From IMG/VR virus record IMGVR_UViG_3300025282_000024: a stretch of DNA of 64,000 bases, one strand, 5' to 3'. Below, piece after piece: positions 25,087-35,874 of this stretch (its first letter is position 1; the number at the start of each line of letters is the position of its first letter). A program made the position numbers and the translations under genes. Under the pieces are notes generated by a model. The model made no database searches and was not told where the DNA came from. It saw only the letters and a list, made by a program, of their open reading frames with translations. This stretch comes from a virus.

Positions 25087-28000
25087 TTAGGCTAACATCC
25101 TAAAATTATATTTAATTGAGCGAGTGCTAAACCCCCACTGCTCATCATAATCAAGTTTACTCATATACGGGTGATTTAAATATATTTCATCCCGCTCTGG
25201 ATTAACGCCCCAACACTTAATTGAAGTAACAGTTGAAGTGTCATCAATCACTTTAAGAATCCAATATGTTTTACCATTCTTTGTTTTCTTTGGGATCACT
25301 TCTCTTGGAATAAACCAGGCCACTCCTAAATCGTTGTCCCACTCTCCGATAGGCGGCACCTTATAATGGGCCAACCTTTGTTTAACGGCACCATCTAAAA
25401 CCAAGTTCATAGGAAATATGCCGGTAAGAGAAACGAGATTATTAATTTTTTCTTCATCATTAAAATCACCCTCCGGAGAATACAGTCCTATGTTTTCTTC
25501 AAATTTCTTCAAACTTTTTGGACGATCAACAACTGCCGCAGACCAAAAATGTTTTAATCCAGTAAAGCGATCGTCAACAAGGTTGTTTACGGCGCCGCTT
25601 CGGACTAGAACGTCCAGCGCCTTTTTATTTAATTTACTGTATATAATATTATCATTAAAAAGAAACTCTTCCACAGTATTAAAAGGTCGATTATTAATAA
25701 TCTGCTCAATTGCTTTATCTCCCAGCCCCTTTAATGAAGTTAGGGGCTGAATTAAAGTTTTATTATCTGAATCAATTTCCCAAACAATACCAGAATTATT
25801 AATATCAATTGGCTTCACCTTAAATTTAAATTTCTTTGCCAAGTTAATTGCTTTCTCTTTTCTAGTTTCAGGCTCTTTGTCCAAAAATGCAGCCATCCAC
25901 TCTGCGGGATAATAATTAAAAAGCCATGCACACTGATAAGAAATGACTGAGTAAGAAACAGCATGGGATTTGTTGAAGCCGTATCCAGAAAAGAACTCAA
26001 ATTTTTGCCACATTTCGTTAGCCCATTTTTTAGTTAAGCCCTTTTCTATGCAGCCTGCAACAAACTTAAGTTTTAGTTTAGTTTTCTGTTTTTCGACTGC
26101 TCCAGTTCCCTTTTTTGTGAGAAGTTTGCGAAGTTTGTTGCCCTCGTCCAAACTAAAGTCCTTACCAAGTTTGTGGGCTAAAAGAGCAATTTGCTCTTGA
26201 AAAATAAGAAAGCCATAAGTTTCTTCGGTCAAGTCTTTGACATGATCATGTTCATACGAAATATCTTCCGGTGCCCTCTTCGCTCTTACGTAAAGCTTAT
26301 CAACATTTGCTCCAAGTGGTCCGGGCCGGTAAATAGAAGTAATGGCGGCAACATCAATAATGTTTCTAGGTTTTGCTTTCCGGCAAAATTTTTGAGCGCC
26401 ATTTTCAGTGAATTGGAATATGCCAGCCCACTTCCCCTTATGAAAAATGTTTTCATAAACCTTCTGATCATAAAGATCTATTTTGTCTGGGTGTAAAATA
26501 TTATCATAATACTTTTTTATGTCCTCAAATGTAGGACTTTTAACACCATGGTGTCGCTTTAATATGTGACCTATCGCGCCTTCAATCATTTTAAGGGTGG
26601 AGAGGCCAAGAACATCAAATTTAATAAAACCCATTGGCTCCAAATGACGCACATTTTGCCCTTCGGACCATGGCGTTTGAGTTATACCTCCGCTATTAAT
26701 CAAAGGCATATACTTATCTAAGTCTTCTCCAATAACAATGCCGCCGGCGTGGCGAGAAACAGAGCGCATTTGGCCATATAAAATCTTAATATGATTTGCA
26801 ACATGTGGATATTTATGAAGAAAATTCTTAAGTGATTCTGAAAACTCCATAACCTCTTCAAACGTAGGGTTATAAACGCCAGACTTAATACCATGTTTTT
26901 TCTTAGCGACAGGAGTCGCTTCCTTCAACATCCGAGAAGTAACTCCATTAACTTCCGTGAATGGAATCTCATAAAACTTAGAAATATCTTTAATTAACGA
27001 TCGCAATTGAAGAGTGTTAAAATTTGATATGGGTACAACCTTGTCTCCTCCCCATTCCTCAATCAACATTTCCTTTAGTTCCATTGGGTCCGATACATCA
27101 TAATCAATATCAGGATAATCTTTAGTATCTCTGCGTAAAAAGCGCGAGAAAAGAAGATTGTATTTGATAGGATCAATTTGTGTAATTCCCAGTGCATATG
27201 CAACCAGAGAGCCGGCAGCAGATCCTCGGCCTGGACCTGTTAATTGTACTGAATTTGCTTTATCAACTACTGCTTTCATTGTGAGAAAATATTTACTAAA
27301 TCCTCTTTCTTCAATGACCCCCAACTCCTCTTTGAGGCGAGTTGTATATATATCGTTGGTATACAAATCTAAAGTGCGAAGACCTTCAAAACAAAGTTGA
27401 GAGAGTGTCTGCGGAGCAGTAAACCCGGGTGGTACCACAAAGTCTGGTAATCTTACTGTACTATCTGGCAAAAACGCCTCTATGCGATTATGCGCTATAT
27501 TATGTGTTTCTTTAATTGAAGCGAGGACAAGATCATCATCGTAGCTGGCGCCACATTCCTTAGAGTACTTCTTATAAGATTCCCACATTTGATCGCCATT
27601 TTTTGGGTAAAGCTCATAACCAATTTCTTGAATACCAATTGGAAGCTCAGAAGTCATCCATGATGGCATTCCCCCTTTGCCAAGCCATCCTAAGCGCTTA
27701 TATAATTCTCTGTCCTTCCACGCCTGCGGAGATGGATAGTGACTATCCGCTGTAGATATTAAACTAAAACCATATTTTTCAGAAGTTTGAATAATAAAGT
27801 TATTTAGTTCATGTTGTTCGGGTACATTATTCCATTGTAACTCCCCATACCATCTATCTCCAAAAATATCCATCATCTTTTCTGTGGTTTTTCTCATGGC
27901 CTCTAAGACGGCGGCTTGGCCACTTTCTCTATTTTCCCAATAATTTCCAGCGTATACACCACCAAGACATGCGCTTGCTGCAATAACGCCTTCATTATGT

Positions 28001-28518
28001 TTTTTCAGCATCTTATAATCAACGCGAGGAAAGCGATAAAAGCTTTCCTTCGAGAAAGATTTTGAAACCATTTTGAAAATATTAGTAAGCCCAATCTGAT
28101 TTTGGGCCAATAAGATTAAGTGGCGCCTCCTGTTTAATATGTTTTTAACTGTCGCCTTTGATGAGCCCTCATCCTCAATTGTTGTAGCAGATCTGGAATC
28201 GTCTAAACCACGTTTCGCCTTTTTATCTTCCTTTGCTCGTTCGTATTCTTCTTTCCACTCTGAAATGCTCGGTAGAAAATATGCCTCTACTCCAAAAATA
28301 GGTTTAAAGTTTTTACCTTCTTCTTGCATTTTTTTGGCGTGCAATACCTGATATGCCATTCCATTCATGTTTCCATGATCTGTTAAAGCCAGCGCGTCGC
28401 AGCCATTCTCATATGCAAAATTCATATGTTCTTGAGGGTATCCAAGTCCATCAAACGGTGACCCTACCCCACTATGAGCGTGCAACCCAACAAAAGGTAT
28501 TTTACTTGTCTTCTTCAT
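25087..28518 (-). CDS. dnaE: DNA polymerase III alpha subunit
   Basis: PHP domain (LHAHS, LTDHG), GRGSAAGS, PDIDYD, HAGG, KFDVLGL, GFNKSH. Confidence 0.96.
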   Translation of the reverse strand: MKKTSKIPFVGLHAHSGVGSPFDGLGYPQEHMNFAYENGCDALALTDHGNMNGMAYQVLHAKKMQEEGKNFKPIFGVEAYFLPSISEWKEEYERAKEDKKAKRGLDDSRSATTIEDEGSSKATVKNILNRRRHLILLAQNQIGLTNIFKMVSKSFSKESFYRFPRVDYKMLKKHNEGVIAASACLGGVYAGNYWENRESGQAAVLEAMRKTTEKMMDIFGDRWYGELQWNNVPEQHELNNFIIQTSEKYGFSLISTADSHYPSPQAWKDRELYKRLGWLGKGGMPSWMTSELPIGIQEIGYELYPKNGDQMWESYKKYSKECGASYDDDLVLASIKETHNIAHNRIEAFLPDSTVRLPDFVVPPGFTAPQTLSQLCFEGLRTLDLYTNDIYTTRLKEELGVIEERGFSKYFLTMKAVVDKANSVQLTGPGRGSAAGSLVAYALGITQIDPIKYNLLFSRFLRRDTKDYPDIDYDVSDPMELKEMLIEEWGGDKVVPISNFNTLQLRSLIKDISKFYEIPFTEVNGVTSRMLKEATPVAKKKHGIKSGVYNPTFEEVMEFSESLKNFLHKYPHVANHIKILYGQMRSVSRHAGGIVIGEDLDKYMPLINSGGITQTPWSEGQNVRHLEPMGFIKFDVLGLSTLKMIEGAIGHILKRHHGVKSPTFEDIKKYYDNILHPDKIDLYDQKVYENIFHKGKWAGIFQFTENGAQKFCRKAKPRNIIDVAAITSIYRPGPLGANVDKLYVRAKRAPEDISYEHDHVKDLTEETYGFLIFQEQIALLAHKLGKDFSLDEGNKLRKLLTKKGTGAVEKQKTKLKLKFVAGCIEKGLTKKWANEMWQKFEFFSGYGFNKSHAVSYSVISYQCAWLFNYYPAEWMAAFLDKEPETRKEKAINLAKKFKFKVKPIDINNSGIVWEIDSDNKTLIQPLTSLKGLGDKAIEQIINNRPFNTVEEFLFNDNIIYSKLNKKALDVLVRSGAVNNLVDDRFTGLKHFWSAAVVDRPKSLKKFEENIGLYSPEGDFNDEEKINNLVSLTGIFPMNLVLDGAVKQRLAHYKVPPIGEWDNDLGVAWFIPREVIPKKTKNGKTYWILKVIDDTSTVTSIKCWGVNPERDEIYLNHPYMSKLDYDEQWGFSTRSIKYNFRMLA

Positions 28519-29392
28519 TATCAACTCCAATCATATTCCACTCATGATATCCTAACACATCGCCCGCAGGTCTGTCAAGAGAAATATCACTTCCTAAAAA
28601 AGTTTTTAATCCGTGCCAGCTTCCTATATTGTAATACCATGGTACCTCCAATTTGGTATCTTCCATCTTAACACATTTAAATATTTTGTCAAGCTCAAAA
28701 AACCTACCTGACCACCTCTCTTCTATCGGAATTCTTTTTGGCGCATCATAATCTGCAAACTCGCCCGTTCCTTCTTTTCTAATAATTTTGCGAGCTTCTT
28801 TAAAATCTTCAGCATCAAAAGTAAATCCTAAGTATTCATTATTTTTTATTGTTTTGTCCTTAAAAGAAACGTGAAAATCTTTTTTGCTGGATATTTTACT
28901 TCGATAGGGTATTACTAATGTAGGGTCATAAATTCCATATGGAAATGCTGCATAATATTTATCAGGCACCACCCACTTACTTATGGTTTTACTTAGCCAA
29001 TATGAAGTTAGGGCACCATAAAGCACGCTCCACCCCAGACAGTCTCTTTTGTCACGGTCCTTTGGGTGGATAGGAACATAATAAATTGGTATCGTTCTTT
29101 CAAATTGTTTGGGTGCGCGCTTTCTTGGTAAATCATATTTTAATGGATCTTGTACAAAGTCCCCAAGGCGATGTCTTATTAAAGGTTGCATATCGTCATG
29201 ACAAACAATCCATATAGTTTCGCACCCTGCACAAGCACATTCCCAAACTGCCCTTTCAACAGCCAAATAATTTTCACTGATCGGCTGTAAACAATCATGC
29301 CATGGAAAATTAAAATCTAATTCCTGGCCCGCTACAGGAATGATACCTGATAAATGAAAACTGGTTGTAATTTGTATACCCCCTTCAATCAT
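28502..29392 (-). CDS. nucleotidyltransferase-fold (sugar NTP-transferase-like) protein
   Basis: N-terminal GIIPVAG, LQPI...AVERAV..C..AG. Confidence 0.55.
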   Translation of the reverse strand: MIEGGIQITTSFHLSGIIPVAGQELDFNFPWHDCLQPISENYLAVERAVWECACAGCETIWIVCHDDMQPLIRHRLGDFVQDPLKYDLPRKRAPKQFERTIPIYYVPIHPKDRDKRDCLGWSVLYGALTSYWLSKTISKWVVPDKYYAAFPYGIYDPTLVIPYRSKISSKKDFHVSFKDKTIKNNEYLGFTFDAEDFKEARKIIRKEGTGEFADYDAPKRIPIEERWSGRFFELDKIFKCVKMEDTKLEVPWYYNIGSWHGLKTFLGSDISLDRPAGDVLGYHEWNMIGVDNEEDK

Positions 29393-30132
29393 TTAAACTC
29401 CAACTTATCTGTATTCTCGTAGGTGTGCATAGCTGCTTTCATTATTTCCCTCTTTGTAACCTCTAAGTTTAAAGCATATTGGTTATTACCCCCGCACTTT
29501 CTCCCTCCAATGCCCGCTTCTTTCATCATCGCCATAACTTTAAATTTTGCATACGTGTCAGAATATTCAAAATCCTCCAACTGCTCCTTCTGCAAATAAG
29601 AAACGGCCACAATGTCCTTTCTGTTGGGGTGGTGGCCATCAATTCTATCGGATGGATAAAAATGAACCTCTTTTACAAAGTTGTCTTCAGTTTCCCAAAA
29701 AGTGTTTGGATGTGTCTGACATGATTTAGATATAATCCAGTCTAACACTACAAAATCTTTATTTTCTTTTGTTGGGAGAGGGAGGCCCGCGACGTTTTCA
29801 TCATCAAATAGAATAACATTGTTATAATCAAATTTAATGACACGAGCATCCTTTGTGGTAACACTTATGTCACCTTCTTTGATCCTCACATGTTGCGCCT
29901 TTGTTCCTAATAAATTTAAACCCGCGTTGGAAAGTAAATAATATAAATTATGCCATTTATATAAATTGTTCTCAGCGCGGGAAAGCCACCCTTCTTTTTC
30001 AAATCCATGTGGCTTCTGAACTTTGTTTATTATTAAAGGAATGTTATTTTCATAAGAATAAAGGAGTGCCGCTAAACTACCCCCCACCACCACCTTATTC
30101 AAATGGCGCTGTGGGATCTTAATCAGCAACAC
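29389..30132 (-). CDS. hypothetical protein with Rossmann-like N-terminus
   Basis: VVVGGSLAALLY. Confidence 0.5.
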   Translation of the reverse strand: MLLIKIPQRHLNKVVVGGSLAALLYSYENNIPLIINKVQKPHGFEKEGWLSRAENNLYKWHNLYYLLSNAGLNLLGTKAQHVRIKEGDISVTTKDARVIKFDYNNVILFDDENVAGLPLPTKENKDFVVLDWIISKSCQTHPNTFWETEDNFVKEVHFYPSDRIDGHHPNRKDIVAVSYLQKEQLEDFEYSDTYAKFKVMAMMKEAGIGGRKCGGNNQYALNLEVTKREIMKAAMHTYENTDKLEFK

Positions 30133-30301
30133 TTTCCTGTAAACGCTTATCTATCTTTTTAAAGACTTCATGAAGCTCATCTAGGTTTTCTGTTTTTTTC
30201 CAGAAGGCCCACTCAGCCGGTCGAGAGGAAAAATATTTTAATTTTTTCGCTAGCTGGGTTCTGAGCGCAATTAGCTCTTCTCTTGAAATATCAAGATACA
30301 T
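30119..30301 (-). CDS. hypothetical protein
   Basis: ORF with GGAG SD. Confidence 0.55.
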   Translation of the reverse strand: MYLDISREELIALRTQLAKKLKYFSSRPAEWAFWKKTENLDELHEVFKKIDKRLQESVAD

Positions 30302-30328
30302 TTATAACTCCATTCTTTTATTAAAAAA

Positions 30329-30640
30329 TTATCGAACTTTATTTTTTCCAAAATTTTGGAACATTTTAGAGTATTTGGTGTCAACTTTTTTAAGGCCCTG
30401 GCCCCACTCTTGTAAGAGCAAAGAATAACACCCATTTTTAATGGCAGGCACACTGTTGCTACCCAGCGGGCTACATTTCTTTTTTCCCTGCTTATAAATG
30501 CTATGAATTGCATTGCGTTGTTTTATCAAATGACGACTCCACTCCGCGACGATTTTATCATAATTTTTGTTTGTGGCTTCCGCATGTGTTGTTGCTGGTA
30601 GTCCCACCAAAATCAACATAATTATTAAATATTTTACCAT
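30329..30640 (-). CDS. secreted/periplasmic protein
   Basis: signal peptide MVKYLIIMLILVGLPATTHA. Confidence 0.65.
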   Translation of the reverse strand: MVKYLIIMLILVGLPATTHAEATNKNYDKIVAEWSRHLIKQRNAIHSIYKQGKKKCSPLGSNSVPAIKNGCYSLLLQEWGQGLKKVDTKYSKMFQNFGKNKVR

Positions 30641-31356
30641 TATCTTTTCTCCTCGACTGTTATTTCCTTAAGGGCTTCAGTGCTCACTGGAAATAGATCT
30701 TTTGCTATAGTTAAACAAGCTTTCGCTACTTTTTGTATTTCCCATTGTGCGCCTGAATGTGTACGTAATGTTATGAATTTAAATAGGTTATTTAAATTGC
30801 AAGTGCCATAATACTCCGTATAAAGATTTTGTGGCAATGCACCCCTTGCTTGCTCTCTGCAGACACCCATCTCCAAGAGCTTGTTGTAGACATATAGTGA
30901 TGCATCATGGTGCTGTTTCAATAGATCAGAAGCACTTACTGGATGTCCTGCAACATTGTACTCTGGATTAATCCATTCATCGATGCTTGCCTGTCTATTA
31001 GACTTGCTCTGTTTTCTAAAGTGCTCCGGCTCATAAAACTCTAAATTAAAATCAGTGTATCTTCTACTAATTTCATTATAAGACCAAGTGCGATGACGAT
31101 GGTGCTGTGATCTAATAAAGAGGGGCACCATAAAACGTAATGTAACTACGTTGTGTTCTAGGGTCGAAGTGTGTCCATGCTTAATCAAGTATTTGATTAA
31201 TTTCTTATCGCGGTCTTGCAATTCTTCCACTTGCTTTCCAAAACTTACGCGTGCTGAATTCACAATTGTGAGGTCCGTTCCCATGTGTGACACATATTCA
31301 ACAAACCCAATTTTATCATCGAACAATTCAATCTTGCGATTATAATTTTTTACCAC
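30640..31356 (-). CDS. thyX: flavin-dependent thymidylate synthase
   Basis: H.STLEH, RHRTWSYNEISRRY, EQARGALP, LR..SGAQWEI. Confidence 0.95.
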   Translation of the reverse strand: MVKNYNRKIELFDDKIGFVEYVSHMGTDLTIVNSARVSFGKQVEELQDRDKKLIKYLIKHGHTSTLEHNVVTLRFMVPLFIRSQHHRHRTWSYNEISRRYTDFNLEFYEPEHFRKQSKSNRQASIDEWINPEYNVAGHPVSASDLLKQHHDASLYVYNKLLEMGVCREQARGALPQNLYTEYYGTCNLNNLFKFITLRTHSGAQWEIQKVAKACLTIAKDLFPVSTEALKEITVEEKR

Positions 31357-32054
31357 GTCATCCCTTGTTTGCTTTTTTTCATCGCCTCAAACCATGATTT
31401 TGGCTGAGAAGTCTTTTTAGATTCCTTTAGCTGGAAGTGTTTTCCGCTAGCCCTGGACCAAAAATCAGCATCTTTAGTAACTGTTTCCACGCTAGTCCAA
31501 GGGCCGGCCCAAGAATCTTGTATTTGGCTACCATCTTTGCCATAGGCATTGATGACTTTTACTTGATCTCCGCGTGCAGTGGTCGCCGCCTCTCCAAATA
31601 TAAATGCCTCTTGATTGTATTTTTGAGACATTTGTGCTGCAAAATCAAATAAATTTTCGGCACTCTGGCTCTCTGCGTTTTCTGCGTTTTCTCCACGAGC
31701 ATGAGAGGTAGCTAAAATACTATTTTCCGTAACATGAACCGGATCCTCTAATTCAACTTCGACTTCTTCACCCGTTTCAGGATCAGTTTCTGTCTTAGTA
31801 GTTTCCTTAAAACCACCCTTTAACTCAGTAAAGGGAAAGCCGGCTGCAGCAAATTCTTGTTTTAACTGCTTATACGCTTGCCTATTTTCAGCTCCGCTTC
31901 TCTCATGACGATCTGAAGACATAATAACAAATGGATTGCCGCCTTCAATGTGGTGCCTTACTCTGTTATAAGAACTCATTTCTTTAATGAGATCTTTTTC
32001 AGCCATGGCATCTCTCACTAGTTGATAAAGTTTACCTTTTGACAATTTCTCCAT
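31350..32054 (-). CDS. hypothetical late protein
   Basis: ACTATTTAG motif upstream; LIKE and LKE sites. Confidence 0.7.
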   Translation of the reverse strand: MEKLSKGKLYQLVRDAMAEKDLIKEMSSYNRVRHHIEGGNPFVIMSSDRHERSGAENRQAYKQLKQEFAAAGFPFTELKGGFKETTKTETDPETGEEVEVELEDPVHVTENSILATSHARGENAENAESQSAENLFDFAAQMSQKYNQEAFIFGEAATTARGDQVKVINAYGKDGSQIQDSWAGPWTSVETVTKDADFWSRASGKHFQLKESKKTSQPKSWFEAMKKSKQGMTW

Positions 32055-32077
32055 TCATTTTTTTCCTCATGTGTTTA

Positions 32078-32356
32078 CTATGTCATATGGACTCCATAAA
32101 CATAGTTTTCTAATACTAAATAGTAAGTTTCTTTGTTTAATACTATTTCTTGTACCATTGTTTCATCTACAACAATCTTCTTATTCTTGCAGTCTAAAAC
32201 CTTTTCGCAGTCATCTGACGCGTCAATTACATTATACACTCCATGAGCAGATTTTTTAGCAATTTTATAATCATCAGGAACTAAAATACAAGAGTCTTCT
32301 TTCTCTGGTTCTTCAGCCCTCTCGATTAACAGATATCTATTAACAGGCTTAAACAT
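32078..32356 (-). CDS. GroES-like co-chaperonin
   Basis: MFKPVNRYLLIE, mobile-loop ILVP, YYLVLENYVYG. Confidence 0.7.
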   Translation of the reverse strand: MFKPVNRYLLIERAEEPEKEDSCILVPDDYKIAKKSAHGVYNVIDASDDCEKVLDCKNKKIVVDETMVQEIVLNKETYYLVLENYVYGVHMT

Positions 32357-32636
32357 TAGAAGCTCCAAACTTCTTTTCAATAGCGCTGAACATCTCATTT
32401 AGATCATCCATATCAGCACCTTTTTCATAGAGACGAAAAGCTTTTACTGCGGCCCAAATATCATCTTTAGTCAACCAGCCATTTTCAATATATTCCTTTC
32501 GGAGATCTTTTTTCTGTTCCTTATATGGTTCGATTGCCTCTTCAATCGCTAACATTGATTTAAGATACTTAACAACATATTGATCCCTTTCCTCTTCTTG
32601 AGTTAAACCATCATCCACTAGCTTTAAATTATTCAT
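32349..32636 (-). CDS. dsDNA-binding protein-like (T4 DsbA/GapR-like)
   Basis: helical, EQKKDLRKEY.ENG pattern. Confidence 0.45.
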   Translation of the reverse strand: MNNLKLVDDGLTQEEERDQYVVKYLKSMLAIEEAIEPYKEQKKDLRKEYIENGWLTKDDIWAAVKAFRLYEKGADMDDLNEMFSAIEKKFGASNV

Positions 32637-32644
32637 GTTTCCTC

Positions 32645-34507
32645 CTATTTAATTTCACATGCACCGCCAGCGCAAGCTAATTCGCCGGCAAGATTAGTAT
32701 TATCTTCATGTTCTACTACATGAGATAAATCGATTTTTTCTAGGTCCGTCACCAAATTTTGGTATATTTCTTCTGTGCAATCCTCGAAGGGAGATTGTTT
32801 ATACGACCCTCCATCATGAGGAAGAACACTCAACCCGTTATAATATTTGCGGTTTTCCCACATCCATTGTTGTACAGCGTCCCATTCCTCTTTTTTAATG
32901 TTTATTGTGGCAGAGACATTGTGTGAATTCTGCCCTCTTTTGTGGCCATTCCCTACCCACTCCCGGCTAATCTTTTTAACCCTTTCTAAGAGATCTAAAG
33001 CTTGCTCATGTCTTGTGATTGCTCCAGTGGGCGCCTTTTGTGGTATGCTAATCACTGCTGTATCGTGTGGTCTAAAATATTCATCCTCTATTAATTTGGG
33101 ATGCATAATCGATAAATAAGTGTAAATCGCTTCGTTCTTCCCCACTCGAATTCTCCGAATATAATAATCATTGTGCCAGGCATGGATCCCGCTTGATGTT
33201 CCCAGCGTCAAAGATGTGGTACCGGCTGGTTTCACGCAAGTAGTTCTGCGAGCCGAGTTTATACCAATTAATTTTGCTACTCGTATGTTCTCTTCTTTAA
33301 CAATCCGAGCAGCTTTTTGTATGTCTAATTTTAAAACTTTTCCAGAGGCGATGCCTGTCATACTAACTCCGATCAGTGCATCTTTTTCAGTGCTTTTTTT
33401 CCAAATGTCACGCAGATAATGAAAATCCGTATAACTAGCTTGTAGCGTCGCAATAAAAGTTGCAGCCTTACATCTTGCCTCGTACTCTTCCTGTGTATCG
33501 ACATCGCTGGCATTAATTTCTGTAAGATTACAAAATTGGAAAGGGCGCAATCCAATTTCACAACAAGGGTTGGTACCCCAATCTTTATCATTCGTAAAAT
33601 AGAAACCTGGCTCGCCGGCTCGACTAGCTTCAATCCGCTCCCACAACTCTCGAAAATATTCTCTTGTGATACGATGACGCATCAAAACTAGGGAATTATT
33701 TGCTCGGCCTCTCTGTGGATTTTTTTCCCACCACGTTCCTGTTTTGGCCGCTATCATTTCATCATCATCCGCACTAAAGAGGGAGATGAGCGCAGCTCTT
33801 CGGATTCCTCCTGCCAAAACCGCATCCGCAATATGACAAATTATATCATGCACTTCAATAGGTTCAAGTTGATCTCCCCCTTCTTTAAGTTGCAAGATCC
33901 CCTCAATCTTTACCAAACATTCTCTAAGTGGTTGTGGCCCAGGAGCTTGTCCTCCGGAGGTTACCAAAAGGGCGCCCTTTGGACGAATGTCACTGAAATC
34001 GAAACGCAGGCGAGGGCCTCCGAAAAAATAACTTTTCATTAAATTTTTAACGGCATCGGACCAGCCTTCAATTGAATCTCCAACTAAATATCGGCGCGTT
34101 CGATTCTTATTCGGCTTTTTTATTTCTGGAAGTGCCTCGGTGTGGTGCTTTTGTACACTGTAGCCGACGCCCGTTCCCCCCAATAAAAGAAACATAACTT
34201 CTCCAAATGCGCGCTCATCGTCAATAGGCAAATATGCACAATTAAATATTCTATTAGGGGCTACCTCTATTGGTTTCCCTCCAAATTGCATAGAACGCAT
34301 CGAAGGTAAAACTTTTTTAGCATAAACATATTTATATGCTTCTCTAATTTCTTCCGTTAAGGCCGGATATTTCTTCATGTGCATTTTGCGATTGCGAGTA
34401 ACTAACTCTTTCCAAGTTTCTCTTCTATTTTTCTCAGGAAGATACCGTGCATATTTCATATGAACAGTGATATCTGATAAGATTTGTGTTGCAGTGTCTA
34501 TTGTCAT
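32645..34507 (-). CDS. nrdJ: class II (B12-dependent) ribonucleotide reductase
   Basis: FNCA, TNPCCEI, CNLTE, KPAGT, C-terminal CAGGAC; no beta subunit gene. Confidence 0.9.
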   Translation of the reverse strand: MTIDTATQILSDITVHMKYARYLPEKNRRETWKELVTRNRKMHMKKYPALTEEIREAYKYVYAKKVLPSMRSMQFGGKPIEVAPNRIFNCAYLPIDDERAFGEVMFLLLGGTGVGYSVQKHHTEALPEIKKPNKNRTRRYLVGDSIEGWSDAVKNLMKSYFFGGPRLRFDFSDIRPKGALLVTSGGQAPGPQPLRECLVKIEGILQLKEGGDQLEPIEVHDIICHIADAVLAGGIRRAALISLFSADDDEMIAAKTGTWWEKNPQRGRANNSLVLMRHRITREYFRELWERIEASRAGEPGFYFTNDKDWGTNPCCEIGLRPFQFCNLTEINASDVDTQEEYEARCKAATFIATLQASYTDFHYLRDIWKKSTEKDALIGVSMTGIASGKVLKLDIQKAARIVKEENIRVAKLIGINSARRTTCVKPAGTTSLTLGTSSGIHAWHNDYYIRRIRVGKNEAIYTYLSIMHPKLIEDEYFRPHDTAVISIPQKAPTGAITRHEQALDLLERVKKISREWVGNGHKRGQNSHNVSATINIKKEEWDAVQQWMWENRKYYNGLSVLPHDGGSYKQSPFEDCTEEIYQNLVTDLEKIDLSHVVEHEDNTNLAGELACAGGACEIK

Positions 34508-35874
34508 TGATTTCCCCTTTTTTTCCTATAATTTTTGTATTTTTCTTGTAAGGTCTGTTCTTGTTTTTTCACTTCGTTTTTTCTCACTTCATCAAAAGTT
34601 TCAATCTGGGGAAGTACATCAATTTTAACATTAGAAGTGTCCATAAAAATGGGATATATTAAACCATCAGGGCCATTTCGATTCTTAGCAATAAAAACCC
34701 TACCCCCATTACTATTTTTATGTTGAACTGTCCGAGAAATAGAAAAGATAAAGTCTGCCACAAAACATTTGTTAAAAGCTTCGGATATCGCCTCCATTGT
34801 AATTACTTCAGCATTTAAGCCGGATCGATTCGTCTGAGAAGCTGTCCAAACAGGACAAGAATTAATTTGAGCTAAACTTCGTAGCTCTTCATAAATAGAT
34901 TCCAACTGGTGTCTTTTCTCATCATTTTTTAAATTTGAGCGTAATAAATCTCCGTAATCTACAATGATCATATCAACAGAAATTTCCTGTTGTTGTAACT
35001 TCTCTAAATGATTGCGAAGTGTGTCAACTTTTGCAGATTTTGTTGGATATTCTTTAACAATTAATTTTCCAGAAATATCTTTAATCTCATTATAAATCTC
35101 CTCTTTTCGATTGAAGAGTTCTCTCAGGGGAATCCCAGTAATACAACTATCATATCGAGAGGCAACAATTGTGTCTGATAACTCCAAAGTATAGTGGATT
35201 ACTGTTTTGCCTTCTTTAAGAGCTTGGGCTCCTAAATGCACTAGCGCCATTGATTTACCGGCGCCAGTGGGTGCAATAACGACACCTAGCTCTCCATTGC
35301 CAATACCCCCTTTGGTTAGATCATCAAGCACTTTCCACCCTGTTGTAACCGGATCTCTAGACTTTAGTTCAAACCTTCTTTCAAAATCTTCAATATACCG
35401 ATAACCATCATCGTTGTCGTTGCCCAGTTTCATCGCGTTGTTTATGAGCTTTTGGATATCGTCAAAAGAAGATTTTTTGAGGAGAGGCACTGACTTTAAT
35501 ATTGCTTCTTTTAAGACTTGTTTTTTACAAAAGTCTACAGCCACATCTTTTATATATTCTTCATCCTGCACATCAGTCCGAGACATCCTTGCAAAAAAGT
35601 CTCGTATCTGTTTTATAATTAACTCATTCTCATTAGCTAACTCCGTTCTGAGGATGGTACCCATAATTGATTCAGAGGGTTGGCGCGCATACTTTTCCTT
35701 ATAATGAAAAACTAATTTTACAAAAACTTGAAGATACTTAAACTCCAAAAAATTAATGTCTAGCACCTCTTGCATCTGATCGGCAAAAGTGCGGCTGCTA
35801 AAAATCAATTGACATAAATTTTCTTGAAATGGTTTCCCAAATTGAGAAAAATCTTCTTGTTCTGCATAGTTCAA
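34504..35874 (-). CDS. replicative DnaB-like (gp41-type) helicase
   Basis: APTGAGKS, IVDYGD, SQTNR, KNRNG. Confidence 0.92.
   Translation of the reverse strand: MNYAEQEDFSQFGKPFQENLCQLIFSSRTFADQMQEVLDINFLEFKYLQVFVKLVFHYKEKYARQPSESIMGTILRTELANENELIIKQIRDFFARMSRTDVQDEEYIKDVAVDFCKKQVLKEAILKSVPLLKKSSFDDIQKLINNAMKLGNDNDDGYRYIEDFERRFELKSRDPVTTGWKVLDDLTKGGIGNGELGVVIAPTGAGKSMALVHLGAQALKEGKTVIHYTLELSDTIVASRYDSCITGIPLRELFNRKEEIYNEIKDISGKLIVKEYPTKSAKVDTLRNHLEKLQQQEISVDMIIVDYGDLLRSNLKNDEKRHQLESIYEELRSLAQINSCPVWTASQTNRSGLNAEVITMEAISEAFNKCFVADFIFSISRTVQHKNSNGGRVFIAKNRNGPDGLIYPIFMDTSNVKIDVLPQIETFDEVRKNEVKKQEQTLQEKYKNYRKKRGNQ

Noticed and set aside
25087-35874. Inteins or introns in dnaE, nrdJ or the helicase
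   Set aside because: The ORFs are continuous and of normal length, with no intein terminal motifs seen.
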